Below are positions 25,749-36,134 of a stretch of DNA of 64,000 nt, piece by piece; positions within the stretch are counted from its first letter, which is position 1, and each line of letters starts with the position of its first letter. Both the position numbers and the translations under genes were made by a program. The notes under the pieces were generated by a model. The model was not told the origin of the DNA, ran no database searches, and saw only the letters and a list, made by a program, of their open reading frames with translations. Origin of the DNA: a virus (taxonomy: Duplodnaviria > Caudoviricetes); IMG/VR virus record IMGVR_UViG_3300045996_004591, positions 1,462 through 65,461 of that record; one strand, written 5' to 3'.

Positions 25749-28084
25749 GCAATATCCACTCCTTGAGCCCTGCCACCGTTGGAGAGAACCAGCCCGCGGC
25801 CAGTGGCCTGTCCCTGGCCATCTTCACCCGCTGGCTGCTGGAGATCCAGAATCAGCCGTCCTGGCGCGCCAAGGCCGACAAGCAGATGGACTATGTCGAC
25901 GGCAACCAGCTCGACTCCGAGGTGCTGCGCAAGCAGGCCGCGATCGGCATGCCGCCCGCCATCGAGCCGCTGATCGGCCCCGCGGTGGATGCCGTGGTGG
26001 GTTTCGAGGCGAAGACCCGCACCGACTGGCGCATCACGGCCGACACCGACGGCGGCGACGAGGTGGCCGAGGCCCTGAACTACAAGCTGAACCAGGCCGA
26101 GAGGAAGAGCGGCGCCGACAAGGCCTGCTCCGACGCCTTCAAGCCGCAATACTGCATCGGCCTGGGCTGGGTGGAAGTCTCGCGCGAGGGTGATCCCTTC
26201 AAGTTCCCCTACCGCTGCACCGCCGTGCACCGCAATGAAATCTTTTGGGACATGCTGGACCGCGAGCCCGGACTGCCCAAGGCGCGCTATCTCATTCGCC
26301 GGCGCTGGACCGATGCCGAGCAAGCCGCCCTGAAGTTCCCGGCCAAGGCCGACCTGATCCGCACCTGTTCCGGGCGCTGGACCGACCGCTACGAGTTCTC
26401 CACCGATGGCGGAACGTCCACCAACCTCGGCGTCGCCTACGAGGACGAGCGCGGATGGTCGATCGAAGAGCAGGAATGGCGTGACGCCGACGCCGGCCGC
26501 GTGTGCCTGTTCGAGGTCTGGTACCGCCGCTGGGTCTCCATCACCGTGCTGCGCCTGCCGGACGGCCGCGTGGTGGAGTACGACGACAAGAACGCCATGC
26601 ACGTCATCGCCGTGGCGTCCGGGCGCGTCAAGCCTATGAAGGCGGTGGTGGCCAAGATGCACCTGTCCTACTGGATGGGCCCGCACAAGCTGCACGACGG
26701 CCCCACCCCGTACAAGCACCAGGAGTTCCCCTATGTGCAGTTCATCGGCAAACTGGAGGACCGCACCGGTGTTCCGCTGGGCGCCGTCAAGGGCATGCTG
26801 TACCTGCAGGACAACGTCAACAGCGCCACCAGCAAGATCCGCTGGGGCCTGTCCGCGGTCACCACCATCCGCACCAAGGGCGCGTACGCTGGGACCGACG
26901 AGCAGTTCCGCCAAACCATCGCCCGCGTGGACGCCGACATCGTGCTCGATGCGGACCATATGCAGAAGCCGGGCGCGAAGTTCGAGGTCAAACGCGACTT
27001 CCAGCTCAACGAGCAGCAGTACAAGATGCTGCAGGACTCGCGCATGGGCATCGAGCGCCAGAGCGTGCCGGCCAGCTTCTCCGGGCGCGAGGGCAACGCC
27101 AGGAGCGGCTTGCAGGAGTCCACCCAGGTCGAGCAGGCCATGCAATCGCTGGCCGGCCTGATGGACAACTTCAAGTTCTCCCGCGCCAAGGTGGGCGAAC
27201 TGCTGCTTTCCATGATCATCGAGGACCTGGCCGGCAAGCAGGAGACCATCATCGTCAAGGGCAACCAGATCCGCGACGACAAGCCGGTGCACCTGAACGT
27301 GCCGCAGGTGGACCCGGACACCCAAGTCCAGTACATGGACAACGACGTCGAGCGGATCATGCTCAAGGTGGCGATGAGCGATGTGCCCAGCACTCCATCC
27401 TTCCGCAGCCAGCAGCTGGCCGCCATGTCCGAGGCCTTCAAGAGCATGCCCCCGCAGTACCAGGAAGTGGCGCTGCCGCACTTGCTGGCGCTCATGGACG
27501 TGCCCGACCGCGACAAGCTGCTCGAGGACGTGAAGAACGCCAAGCAGCAGCTCACCCCGGAAGTGGTGCAGCAGCGCATCGACGAGGCGGTGAAGATCGC
27601 GCTTCAGCAGAGCGACCATGCCCTGCGCGGGCGCGAGATCGAGTTGCGCTACAACCCGGACAAGATCAAGGCCGAGGTCGATGCCCTGATCGCCAAGAAC
27701 CGCGACGTGAACGCCTCCGCCGTGGAAAAGACCATGCGCATGTTCTTCGCCTCGGGCCAGTCGGCCCAGATGCTGGCCGCCGTGCCGCAGCTGGCGCCGC
27801 TCATGGACGCGCTGGCCAAGGCCTCGGGCTACGTGCCGCCGACCCCCGAAGGCGTGGACCCGAACGTGCCGGTGCTCGATGCCCCGGCGCCCGGCATCAC
27901 GCAGGACAGCGTGACCAACAAGAAGACCGGCACCGGGTTCATGCCCGGAGTCGGCATGGAAGGCGCGCCGGGCGACACCTCACCCACGACCCCTGCCAAC
28001 CCCGCAATCCCCGCCAGCCCCATGACCGGGCAGAACCAGGGCATTGAAACCGCTCGCACATCCGACAACCTCCAAGGAGCCTAG
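25745..28084 (+). CDS. Portal protein (P22/933W-like)
   Basis: QPSWRAKADKQMDYVDGNQL, GLGWVEV, FPYV; follows terL; 779 aa. Confidence 0.9.
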   Translation: MSNIHSLSPATVGENQPAASGLSLAIFTRWLLEIQNQPSWRAKADKQMDYVDGNQLDSEVLRKQAAIGMPPAIEPLIGPAVDAVVGFEAKTRTDWRITADTDGGDEVAEALNYKLNQAERKSGADKACSDAFKPQYCIGLGWVEVSREGDPFKFPYRCTAVHRNEIFWDMLDREPGLPKARYLIRRRWTDAEQAALKFPAKADLIRTCSGRWTDRYEFSTDGGTSTNLGVAYEDERGWSIEEQEWRDADAGRVCLFEVWYRRWVSITVLRLPDGRVVEYDDKNAMHVIAVASGRVKPMKAVVAKMHLSYWMGPHKLHDGPTPYKHQEFPYVQFIGKLEDRTGVPLGAVKGMLYLQDNVNSATSKIRWGLSAVTTIRTKGAYAGTDEQFRQTIARVDADIVLDADHMQKPGAKFEVKRDFQLNEQQYKMLQDSRMGIERQSVPASFSGREGNARSGLQESTQVEQAMQSLAGLMDNFKFSRAKVGELLLSMIIEDLAGKQETIIVKGNQIRDDKPVHLNVPQVDPDTQVQYMDNDVERIMLKVAMSDVPSTPSFRSQQLAAMSEAFKSMPPQYQEVALPHLLALMDVPDRDKLLEDVKNAKQQLTPEVVQQRIDEAVKIALQQSDHALRGREIELRYNPDKIKAEVDALIAKNRDVNASAVEKTMRMFFASGQSAQMLAAVPQLAPLMDALAKASGYVPPTPEGVDPNVPVLDAPAPGITQDSVTNKKTGTGFMPGVGMEGAPGDTSPTTPANPAIPASPMTGQNQGIETARTSDNLQGA

Positions 28085-28086
28085 CC

Positions 28087-28701
28087 ATGGAAATGCACCG
28101 CAGAACCTACACCGCCGCCGCGGCCTCGCTGACCGGCCACGCCTCCAACGTCACCGGCGCGGCATGGGTCATTGCCACCGCTGGCGCCGCCGATGGCCTG
28201 GCCCACCATGTCACCATCCGCAACGACAGCGCGACGAACCACTCGGCCAAGACCATCGTGCTGGTGGGCACCGGCGCCAACGGTGAGGCGCTGACCGAGA
28301 CCCTTGCCGCGCCCGGCACCTCGGCCACCGTGACCAGCACCAAGGCCTTCAAGACGCTCACCAGCGCGACGCCCTCGGCCACGATCGGCGCGGACACCTT
28401 CGACATCGGCTGGGCCGCGACCGGGCATACACCCTGGGTGGACCTGCGCCCGAACGTCGAGCACTTCGCCGCCTCGGCCGCGGTCTATCTGGTCAGCGGC
28501 TCGCTCGGCTTCGACGGCCAGCACACCTATGACAGCCCGCCCACCGAGGACGGCGTGGCGTTCAACACCTCGGCCCTCACCGCCAAGAGCGCCAGCACCG
28601 ACGCGAGCTACACCGCGCCCATCACGGGTTTCCGGGTGGACGTGAACAGCCACACCAGCGCCGTCTTCACCGTGGTCGTGCTCCAGGCCGGCCACCTTTG
28701 A
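28087..28701 (+). CDS. Putative virion protein
   Basis: AAGGAG SD; Thr/Ala-rich, beta-like. Confidence 0.7.
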   Translation: MEMHRRTYTAAAASLTGHASNVTGAAWVIATAGAADGLAHHVTIRNDSATNHSAKTIVLVGTGANGEALTETLAAPGTSATVTSTKAFKTLTSATPSATIGADTFDIGWAATGHTPWVDLRPNVEHFAASAAVYLVSGSLGFDGQHTYDSPPTEDGVAFNTSALTAKSASTDASYTAPITGFRVDVNSHTSAVFTVVVLQAGHL

Positions 28702-28723
28702 ACCCAACCAGGAGCACAGCACT

Positions 28724-29443
28724 ATGTACCTCGTCAAATCCACCGTAGCCGCCTCTGCGCCCGTCCTGCCCGGTGCCCTCAATGTCCAATGGGCCGCGGC
28801 CGAAGTGCGCGAGGTCGATGACTCCCTGATCGAGCACTACCGCGTCCACCCGGCGGTCTTCACCATCCTGGCCGGACCCGGCGCCGTGGCCAATGCGGTG
28901 GCCCTGGCCGATCTGGTCGGCGTGAACCTGGCCGGCGCGGACAACGGCGCCACCGTCACGGCCGCCGAGAGCGCGCCCAAGGTGCACCAGACCACCCTGA
29001 CCCTCGCGGCAACGCCGCTCACGCTGCGCAACACGGAGCAGGGCGCCGGCGTGAAGATCTACGACTTCCCGCTCGGGCGCATCGTGATCCTGGACGCCAG
29101 TGGTTCGGTGGCCATGAAGACGACATCGGTCATCCTGGACACGCTCAACGGCGCCAAGACCTGCAACTGGGGTATCGGCACCGTGACCCAGTCCAATGCC
29201 GTGCTCGCCACGACCGAGCAGGACATCATTCAGGTGGCCAACATCACCTCGAGCGCCACGATCAACGTGGCCGGCGCGGTTTCGGCTGGCGTGGGCACGG
29301 CGATGACGCTGCTCGATGGCTCGGAAACGGCAATCGACGCATTCCTCAATGTGTCGGTGCCCACCGCCGACGACATCGACGCGAACGCCACGGTGACGCT
29401 GACCGGGGAAGTCTCGTTCAGCTGGATCAACCTGGACGAGTAG
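28724..29443 (+). CDS. Putative virion protein
   Basis: AGGAG SD; beta-rich. Confidence 0.7.
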   Translation: MYLVKSTVAASAPVLPGALNVQWAAAEVREVDDSLIEHYRVHPAVFTILAGPGAVANAVALADLVGVNLAGADNGATVTAAESAPKVHQTTLTLAATPLTLRNTEQGAGVKIYDFPLGRIVILDASGSVAMKTTSVILDTLNGAKTCNWGIGTVTQSNAVLATTEQDIIQVANITSSATINVAGAVSAGVGTAMTLLDGSETAIDAFLNVSVPTADDIDANATVTLTGEVSFSWINLDE

Positions 29444-29462
29444 GCCGCAGCGCCCCACCACG

Positions 29463-29486
29463 AGCCCGCCACGTGCGGGCTTTTTC
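29463..29486 (+). terminator. Intrinsic terminator
   Basis: GCCCGC-CACGT-GCGGGC-TTTTT. Confidence 0.8.
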
Positions 29487-29506
29487 ACGTCTGTCGATAC
29501 CAAGCA

Positions 29507-29549
29507 CCCCCCAGTCGGGGATGCACGAAACACGCGCGCACGCGACATT
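29507..29549 (+). promoter_or_regulatory. Late promoter 2 (CCCCCCAGTCGGG + GACATT)
   Basis: Same motif and spacing; lies just after a terminator. Confidence 0.75.
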
Positions 29550-29551
29550 GC

Positions 29552-29665
29552 GCCTGCGATCTGGCAACGGGTCGCAGGCCCGGACGGCAAGCGCAAGTGG
29601 CTTCGGCTCTTTGCACCTGCCCTACCGGAAATCCCTTCCGCGGCGACTGCGACAAGTCGTAGGGA
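29552..29665 (+). promoter_or_regulatory. Structured 5' leader of the scaffold/capsid operon
   Basis: GCAA- and UUCG-capped hairpins; CCCTAC/GTAGGG stem covering the SD. Confidence 0.55.
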
Positions 29666-29673
29666 ATGAAGCA

Positions 29674-30642
29674 ATGACGACGCAAGCAGAGTTTTTCCAG
29701 ACCCACGCGGTCGACGGTGTTCTAGACGACAAGCTGATGGCGCAGATGCTGAATCTGCCCGAGGGCGATAGCGGGGAACCTCCCCCGCAAGGTGGGCAGC
29801 CCGAACCCACACCAGCTCCGACGCCAGCACCGGCGCCAGTGGAACCTACGCCAGAACCGACCCCGGCGCCAACGCCAGAGCCGGTGATTCTCGCAAAGGA
29901 TGGTGTTCACACCATCGGCTACGAGAAGCTGGTGGAAGCGAGGGAAGAAGCGAGATTGGCCAAGGCCCGGGCCGACGCGCTGGAAGCGGAGAACGCGACG
30001 CTGAAAAGCACCGCCCCACCGCCCCCGGCAGCGACGCCCGCCCCGACGAGTGCACCCGCACCCGCCGAGGACAAGCCGGACTTTGGTGATTTCTCGGATG
30101 AAGCGCTGGCCAAGGGAATCGAGAAGTTGGTGGAGCAACGCGTGGCAGCACGGGTTGAAGCCGCGGTAGCCGAAGCAGTCACCCCGTTCCAGAAACGGGC
30201 CGCCGAGGACGCCACCACCTCCCACTTCACGAGGATCTATTCGGCGCATCCGAACATGGATTCGATGCTGGAAAGCACCGAGTTCAAGGGGTGGTTGGAA
30301 GGCCAACCGTCCCTCGTGCGATCAGCCTACGCCACGGCCCTGGACAAGGGCACAGCGGATCAGGTGATCGAGGTGTTCGATTCCTTTGCGAAGGCGACTG
30401 GAAAGACCCAGGCCCCGCCGCCGCCGGCACCCGCGAAACCCGCGGACGTGGCAGCAGCAGCGAAGGCAGCGGTCGACGCAGCAGCGGCCAAGCCGCCAGC
30501 GAGCCTCACGGACATCCCGGGCTCCATGGCAGTGCACGACGAGGCAGCGGCGATGTTGGAAATGTCACCGGAAGCGCTCTTGAGGAAGTTCGAGGGGAAG
30601 ACCCCGGAACAAATCGAGGCGCTGATGAGAAAGGCGCTGTAG
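29674..30642 (+). CDS. Capsid scaffolding protein
   Basis: ILAKDGVHTIGYEKLVEAR, Pro-rich linkers; directly before MCP. Confidence 0.8.
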   Translation: MTTQAEFFQTHAVDGVLDDKLMAQMLNLPEGDSGEPPPQGGQPEPTPAPTPAPAPVEPTPEPTPAPTPEPVILAKDGVHTIGYEKLVEAREEARLAKARADALEAENATLKSTAPPPPAATPAPTSAPAPAEDKPDFGDFSDEALAKGIEKLVEQRVAARVEAAVAEAVTPFQKRAAEDATTSHFTRIYSAHPNMDSMLESTEFKGWLEGQPSLVRSAYATALDKGTADQVIEVFDSFAKATGKTQAPPPPAPAKPADVAAAAKAAVDAAAAKPPASLTDIPGSMAVHDEAAAMLEMSPEALLRKFEGKTPEQIEALMRKAL

Positions 30643-30675
30643 GCGCCCAGTCCCTAAACACTGAAGGAGTTTCAC

Positions 30676-31953
30676 ATGGCTACCAATGTCCCCTACGGCT
30701 CGGCGCAGGCAATCACGCTGCAGTCGGCCGGCCTGTTCGCTGCCAACATGCAGCGCAACACCACCATCAACCGCCTGACCGGCAAGTTCCCGCAGCAGTC
30801 GGATGCGGAGTCGAACCTGCGCTCGCAGTCCAGCTCCAAGATGCCCATCGTCAAGTGCATGGACCTGCAGAAGATGGCGGGCGACGAAATCACGTTCGAC
30901 CTGATCAACCCGATGGGCGGCAAGCCGATCATGGGCGGCAACGTCGCCGAAGGCCGCGGCCGTGCGATGACGTTCTCGCAAGACCGGCTGCGCATCAACC
31001 AGGCGCGCTACCCGATCTCGGCCGGCGACACCATGACGCAGCAGCGCACCCCGCACCAGATGCGCGGGCTGGCTCGCGCCGAGGGTGAGAGCTACATGAA
31101 CCGCCTGCAGGACCAGCTCGCGCTGGTGCACATGGCCGGTTCGCGCGGCTTCCACAGCAACATCGAGTGGGCTGTTCCCCTCGCCTCGGACGCGGACTTC
31201 GCCGACATCGCGGTGAACACCGTGAAGGCGCCGACCAAGAACCGGCACTTCATGTCCACCGGCTCCGGGATCGAGATCATCAAGGCCTCGGGCAACGAGA
31301 TCACGCTGGCCACCACCGACGTGATGAACGCCGACGTGGTCGACGGGATCCGCACCTACGTGGACTCGATGCCCCTGCCGCCGCCCCCGGTCGTGTTCGA
31401 GGGCGACAAGATGGCCAGCGACGCGCCCCTGCGCGTGCTGCTGGTCTCCAGCGAGCAGTACACGAGCTTCGTGCAGTCCACGGGCTTCCGCACCCTGCAG
31501 GCCAACGCCATGCAGCGCGCCTCGCAGGCGGGCAACAACCCCCTGTTCATGGGCGAAGCGGGCCTGTGGAACGGCATCCTGATCGTGAAGATGCCCAAGC
31601 CGATCCGGTTCTACTCCGGTGACTCCCTGGCCTGGTGCGCAAGCTACACCAGCGAGACCGAGACGACCACGGACCTGGTGCCCGCGTCGTTCTCGACCAC
31701 CTACGCGGTGGACCGGGCGATTCTGCTGGGCGGGCAGGCCTTGGCCGAAGCGTGGGGCAAGCACAAGAAGTCCGGCTCGCCGTTCTTCTGGAGCGAGAAG
31801 GAGCTCGACCACGACGACAAGCTGGAACTGCTGGTCGGCGCTGTCAACGGCCGCTCCAAGATCCGCTTCCTCATCAACCACGGCGACGCCTCGCAGTACA
31901 CCGACTACGGTGTGATGTGCATCGACACCGTGGTGCGGATCAGCGGCCAGTAA
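30676..31953 (+). CDS. Major capsid protein, N4-gp56/DUF4043 family
   Basis: PYGSAQAITLQSAGLF, DLQKMAGDEITFDL, DQLALVHMAGSRG, DYGV. Confidence 0.92.
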   Translation: MATNVPYGSAQAITLQSAGLFAANMQRNTTINRLTGKFPQQSDAESNLRSQSSSKMPIVKCMDLQKMAGDEITFDLINPMGGKPIMGGNVAEGRGRAMTFSQDRLRINQARYPISAGDTMTQQRTPHQMRGLARAEGESYMNRLQDQLALVHMAGSRGFHSNIEWAVPLASDADFADIAVNTVKAPTKNRHFMSTGSGIEIIKASGNEITLATTDVMNADVVDGIRTYVDSMPLPPPPVVFEGDKMASDAPLRVLLVSSEQYTSFVQSTGFRTLQANAMQRASQAGNNPLFMGEAGLWNGILIVKMPKPIRFYSGDSLAWCASYTSETETTTDLVPASFSTTYAVDRAILLGGQALAEAWGKHKKSGSPFFWSEKELDHDDKLELLVGAVNGRSKIRFLINHGDASQYTDYGVMCIDTVVRISGQ

Positions 31954-32022
31954 TGGCGACAGGGCCCGGGCTAACCCCCCGGGCCTGACTCCAAACCCCT
32001 TCATCTTCCAGGAGAACCTTTC

Positions 32023-32508
32023 ATGGCAAACGTCACCAAGAAGCAGCTGGCGCAAGAGCTCCAGTTCGGCAGCGGCGCCCCTTACGGCAACTACACGGGC
32101 CTGCACTTCACGTTCGAGACCAACGCCTCGGGCGTGTACGTCAACAGCGACCAGACCACGGCGGTCGTTCAGACCAACGTGGTTCGCATCGGCATCCTGC
32201 CCGCGGGCATGCGGCTCGATGACTGCCTGGTCATGATCAGCGACGCCTTCACGGCTTCGGCGACGGCGGACATCGGCTTCGCCTATGTGGACGGCACGGA
32301 TGTCACGGCCACGCCGCAGGACGCCGACTACTTCGACGCCGCCCTGGCGCTCGATGGCACGACCCGCACCCGCGGGCTGAACCTGGCCGTGCGCCCGGTC
32401 AAGCTGCCCAAGGACGCGTACCTGACGCTGACCATCGCCGGTGCTGACCTGGCCGCGGTGGGCAAGCTGGACGTCATCGTCTACGGCGTTCTGAACGCTG
32501 CACCGTAA
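32023..32508 (+). CDS. Capsid-associated (cement/decoration-like) protein
   Basis: VRIGILPAGMRL...DIGFAY; follows MCP. Confidence 0.7.
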   Translation: MANVTKKQLAQELQFGSGAPYGNYTGLHFTFETNASGVYVNSDQTTAVVQTNVVRIGILPAGMRLDDCLVMISDAFTASATADIGFAYVDGTDVTATPQDADYFDAALALDGTTRTRGLNLAVRPVKLPKDAYLTLTIAGADLAAVGKLDVIVYGVLNAAP

Positions 32509-32525
32509 GCGGTGAACCCGAGAGA

Positions 32526-32549
32526 GCTGGGCCTTCGGGCCCGGCTTTT
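32526..32549 (+). terminator. Intrinsic terminator after capsid genes
   Basis: GCTGGGCC-TTCG-GGCCCGGC-TTTT. Confidence 0.75.
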
Positions 32550-32569
32550 GTGCATTCACAGGAGAGCCC

Positions 32570-33439
32570 ATGAAACGAGAACTGATCGCCGCCGCCTGCC
32601 ACACCATCAACGCTGCGTACTGCGCGGCCATGGGCGACACCTCGCAGCCCGCATGGGCTGATGCGCCCGACTGGCAGAAGGCCAGCGCCCTTGCCGGCGT
32701 TGACATGCACCTTGCCAACCCCGACGCCACCCCCGAGGCCTCGCACGAGTCCTGGCTGGCCCAGAAGACCGCCGAAGGCTGGAAGTTCGGCAAGGTTAAG
32801 GACGCCAAGAAGAAGACCCACCCCTGTTTCCTGCCCTATGCGGAGCTGCCGGCCGAGCAGAAGGCCAAGGATCACCTGTTCCGCGCCGTCGTGCACGTGC
32901 TCAAGGACCTGCCCGACGAGGCCGCCCCCCTGGATGCCGAAGCCGCGGCGGCTGAGCGCGCTGCGATGCGCGCTGAGGTCATGAACGAGCTGCGCGCCGA
33001 GTTCACGAGCAGCGCGAAGGCTTACGTGGCCCAGGCCAAGGCGGCAACCACCGCCCCCAAGGGCTCGCCCGTGGCCGTGCGCTACATCGGCCACCGCCCC
33101 ACCTACAAGGAGGGCACCTACGGCACCGGCATTCTGTTCACCAAGGGCAAGAGCGAGTTCGTGCCCGCTGACAAGGCTGCGCAGCTGCTGGTGCACAAGG
33201 ACGTCTACGAGCCAGGCGACGCCAGCGAATGCGGCGAAGTCGTGATCGACAAGAAGGTCACCGACGACAGCGACGATCCGGTGCAGATCGCGCGTGACTC
33301 CATCGCCGTGAGCGGCAAGGAAGCGCTGGAAGCCTATGCCCGCGTGCACTTCGGCGTCGAGTTGGACCGCCGGCACACGGTCGAAGCCCTTCGCGTGCAC
33401 GTCACCGGCCTGCTCGATCAATACGGCTTGGGTGACTGA
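32570..33439 (+). CDS. RyR-domain protein
   Basis: SHESWLAQKTAEGWKFGKVKDAKKKTHPCFLPYAELPAEQKAKD. Confidence 0.85.
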   Translation: MKRELIAAACHTINAAYCAAMGDTSQPAWADAPDWQKASALAGVDMHLANPDATPEASHESWLAQKTAEGWKFGKVKDAKKKTHPCFLPYAELPAEQKAKDHLFRAVVHVLKDLPDEAAPLDAEAAAAERAAMRAEVMNELRAEFTSSAKAYVAQAKAATTAPKGSPVAVRYIGHRPTYKEGTYGTGILFTKGKSEFVPADKAAQLLVHKDVYEPGDASECGEVVIDKKVTDDSDDPVQIARDSIAVSGKEALEAYARVHFGVELDRRHTVEALRVHVTGLLDQYGLGD

Positions 33440-33441
33440 GC

Positions 33442-34125
33442 ATGAACCTCGGCGATCTGCGCGATCAATTCCGGTCCGAGGCGGGCGACAAGTCCATCGC
33501 CGGGGCGAGCACGCAGCACTACCTGTTCCCCGACGAGGATGTCGACCGCTGGCTCAATGAAGCGCAGGAAGAGGCCGCCGAGCGCGCCAGCCTGATCAAA
33601 GAGACCAGCAACCCGGCCATCTGCGAGATTGACGTCGACGTGGACGAGGGCGTGTACCCGCTGCACGACTCGGTCATCGTCATCACCAATGCCCGCTTCA
33701 CGGTCACGGGTGAGACCGACTACAGCGATGTGCATGTGGCCGATCGGGAAGAACTGGACCGCATTCGCCCGCTGTGGCGCACCACCAGCGAGCCGCCGCG
33801 CGATCTGATCCAGGACGAAACCCAGATCGTGCTGGGCTGCCTGCCCTCGGAGGCCGGGCTGCTGCAGATCGAGTGCTTCCGCCTGCCACTGCAAAGCATG
33901 ACGGCCGATGAGGATGTCCCGGAGATCCACCGCAAGCACCACCGCCAGCTGGTGCACTGGGCCATCCACAAGGCTTTCAGCCAGCCGGACACCGAAACGC
34001 GCGACCCGAACCGGGCCGCCACGGCTGAAGCGGCGTTCACGGCCTACTTCGGCGCCAAGCCCGATGCCACGCAGCGCCGCGACATGCAGATCAACCGGCC
34101 GCAGGTGAACAAGGCGTACTTCTAA
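33442..34125 (+). CDS. Head-tail adaptor-like protein
   Basis: WLNEAQEEAAER, PEIHRKHHRQLVHW; position. Confidence 0.7.
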   Translation: MNLGDLRDQFRSEAGDKSIAGASTQHYLFPDEDVDRWLNEAQEEAAERASLIKETSNPAICEIDVDVDEGVYPLHDSVIVITNARFTVTGETDYSDVHVADREELDRIRPLWRTTSEPPRDLIQDETQIVLGCLPSEAGLLQIECFRLPLQSMTADEDVPEIHRKHHRQLVHWAIHKAFSQPDTETRDPNRAATAEAAFTAYFGAKPDATQRRDMQINRPQVNKAYF

Positions 34126-35336
34126 TGGCCACCGACAAGGCCCCCAAGCGCGACAAGGACATCGTTGCCTACCAGGCCTTCGCGGGCCTGCGCAACAACA
34201 TCCCGGCCGCCCGGTTCGGCATGTCCGACCTCGAGGTGGCCAGCAACATCGACATTGACGCGAGCGGCATGGCATCCCTGCGCACCGGGCATGGTGGCAG
34301 CCTGTACGCCGGCGCCGTGCATTCCCTGTGGGCCGAGGACGGTATCTGCCTGTTCGTGGAGGGCAGCACCTTGAAGCAGTTGAGCGCGGCCTACACCGGC
34401 ACCACGCTGCGCACGCTCACTTCCAACGACCGCGCCAGCTTCCAGAAGGTGGACGAGCGGGTCTACTTCGCCAACGGAGCCGACACCGGCGTGGTGGAGA
34501 ACGGCGCCGCGCGCAGCTGGGGCCTGGCGGTGCCGCCCGCGATCGCCGCCGCCGCCACGGTGGGCTACATGCCCGCGGGCGACTACCAGTTCACCATGAC
34601 GTACCTGCGCGCCGATGGGCAGGAGTCGGGCGCCGGCCTGGCTGAGCGCATCACCCTGGGCGCTGGATCCGGGATCACCTTCACCTTGCCGGTTTCCAGC
34701 GATGCCGACGTGGTGGCCAAGGCGGTGTACCTGTCCACGGCCAACGGCGAAGTGATGTACCGCGCGCTGCTGGCCACGGCTGCGGCGACCTCGGCCACCT
34801 ATGCCAACGACACCAGCGAGCTCGGCCTCGAGCTGCAAAGCCAGTTCATGGGCCCGCCGCCGGCCGGACACCTGCTGGGTTACTTCCAGGGCTGCATGTA
34901 CGTGGCCGTGGGCGATGTTGTGTATCCATCCGAGCCCTACGCGCACGAGTGGTTCGACCTGCGCAAGTACATCCCCTTCGACGCCAAGGTGACGCTGTTC
35001 GCGCCGATCGAGGACGAGGGTGTGTTCATCGGCACCGAGAAAAGCATCGGCTGGATGCCCGGCTCTGGCCCCGAAGCCTTCCGCTACGTGAAGCGGGCGA
35101 GCTACGGCGCGATCCTGGGCACGCACACCTTGATCGAGGCCGACAAGTTCGGCGACGGCTCCATGGGTGCGCGCGAGCTGCCGATGTGGCTCTCGGCCAA
35201 GGGCATCTGCATCGGGCTGCCCGGCGGCACGGTGCAGAACCTCACCAACGCGAAGTATTCCTTCACGGCTCAAGGCAGTGGCTGCGCACTGTTCCAGCCG
35301 GATTCCTCCCAATTCATCGCAGTGGCCAATCAATAG
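34125..35336 (+). CDS. Tail nozzle/stabilisation-like protein
   Basis: FAGLRN...ASNIDID start, beta-propeller-like; position. Confidence 0.65.
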   Translation: MATDKAPKRDKDIVAYQAFAGLRNNIPAARFGMSDLEVASNIDIDASGMASLRTGHGGSLYAGAVHSLWAEDGICLFVEGSTLKQLSAAYTGTTLRTLTSNDRASFQKVDERVYFANGADTGVVENGAARSWGLAVPPAIAAAATVGYMPAGDYQFTMTYLRADGQESGAGLAERITLGAGSGITFTLPVSSDADVVAKAVYLSTANGEVMYRALLATAAATSATYANDTSELGLELQSQFMGPPPAGHLLGYFQGCMYVAVGDVVYPSEPYAHEWFDLRKYIPFDAKVTLFAPIEDEGVFIGTEKSIGWMPGSGPEAFRYVKRASYGAILGTHTLIEADKFGDGSMGARELPMWLSAKGICIGLPGGTVQNLTNAKYSFTAQGSGCALFQPDSSQFIAVANQ

Positions 35337-35347
35337 GAGAAATCACC

Positions 35348-36121
35348 ATGACATTGCGCATCAGCTCAGGGCTTCGGAACTACCTCGCCAAGTACGGCAG
35401 CCTGTCGCAGGCGCTGACCGGCGGCAAGCTGCTGGTCTATTCAACCTCGCAGCCCGCCAGCGCGGATGCGGCACCCGCCGGAACGCTGCTGTCCGTATGG
35501 ACCGACAACTCGGGCGCCCACACGGCCGAGGTGCTGTCAGTCGGGACGGTGGAGCTGACCGGCGGCGCATCGGGGTCCGTTGACACCATCACGGTGAACA
35601 GCGTGGACGTCCTGGGCGGCGCGGTGAGCTTCGACACCACCTTGACGATCACCGCCGCGGCTGTGGCGGCCAAGATCAACGCGTTCAGCGGTATCACCGA
35701 CTACAAGGCCACGTCCTCGGGCGCGATCATCACCATCCAGGCCCTGAACGGCCGCGGCACGGCGCCCAACACCTTCGTGGTGGCCTCCACGGTGACGACC
35801 ATCACCAAGACGGACACCAACATGGCCGGCGGTGTGGCATCGGCCAACGGCCTGAAGTTTGGCGCACCGGCCGCGGGCCTGCTGCCCAAGCTGTCGACCC
35901 AGACCTGGTCGGGCGTGAACGTCGCCACCGGGACTGGTGGCTGGTTCCGCCTCGTCGGCCCGGTCGCCGACTCGGGCGCGCTGGACTCGCTCGAGCAGCA
36001 GATCCGCGTGGACGGCTCGATTGCCACCAGCGGCTCGGACATGAACCTGAGCAGCACCGCGTTCGTGATCCTGGCCACCAGCGGCATATCGCAGTTCAAC
36101 CTCAACGTCCCGGCTGCCTGA
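35348..36121 (+). CDS. Tail-associated virion protein
   Basis: AGGAG SD; QPASADAA...GTGGWFRL...RVDGSI. Confidence 0.7.
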   Translation: MTLRISSGLRNYLAKYGSLSQALTGGKLLVYSTSQPASADAAPAGTLLSVWTDNSGAHTAEVLSVGTVELTGGASGSVDTITVNSVDVLGGAVSFDTTLTITAAAVAAKINAFSGITDYKATSSGAIITIQALNGRGTAPNTFVVASTVTTITKTDTNMAGGVASANGLKFGAPAAGLLPKLSTQTWSGVNVATGTGGWFRLVGPVADSGALDSLEQQIRVDGSIATSGSDMNLSSTAFVILATSGISQFNLNVPAA

Positions 36122-36134
36122 AGCGAGCCAGGGC

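Noticed and set aside
31961-31986. C-run near 31975 as a sixth late-promoter box
   Set aside because: Part of an AGGGCCCGGG/CCCGGGCCT hairpin after the capsid gene; lacks the -10-like hexamer at +37
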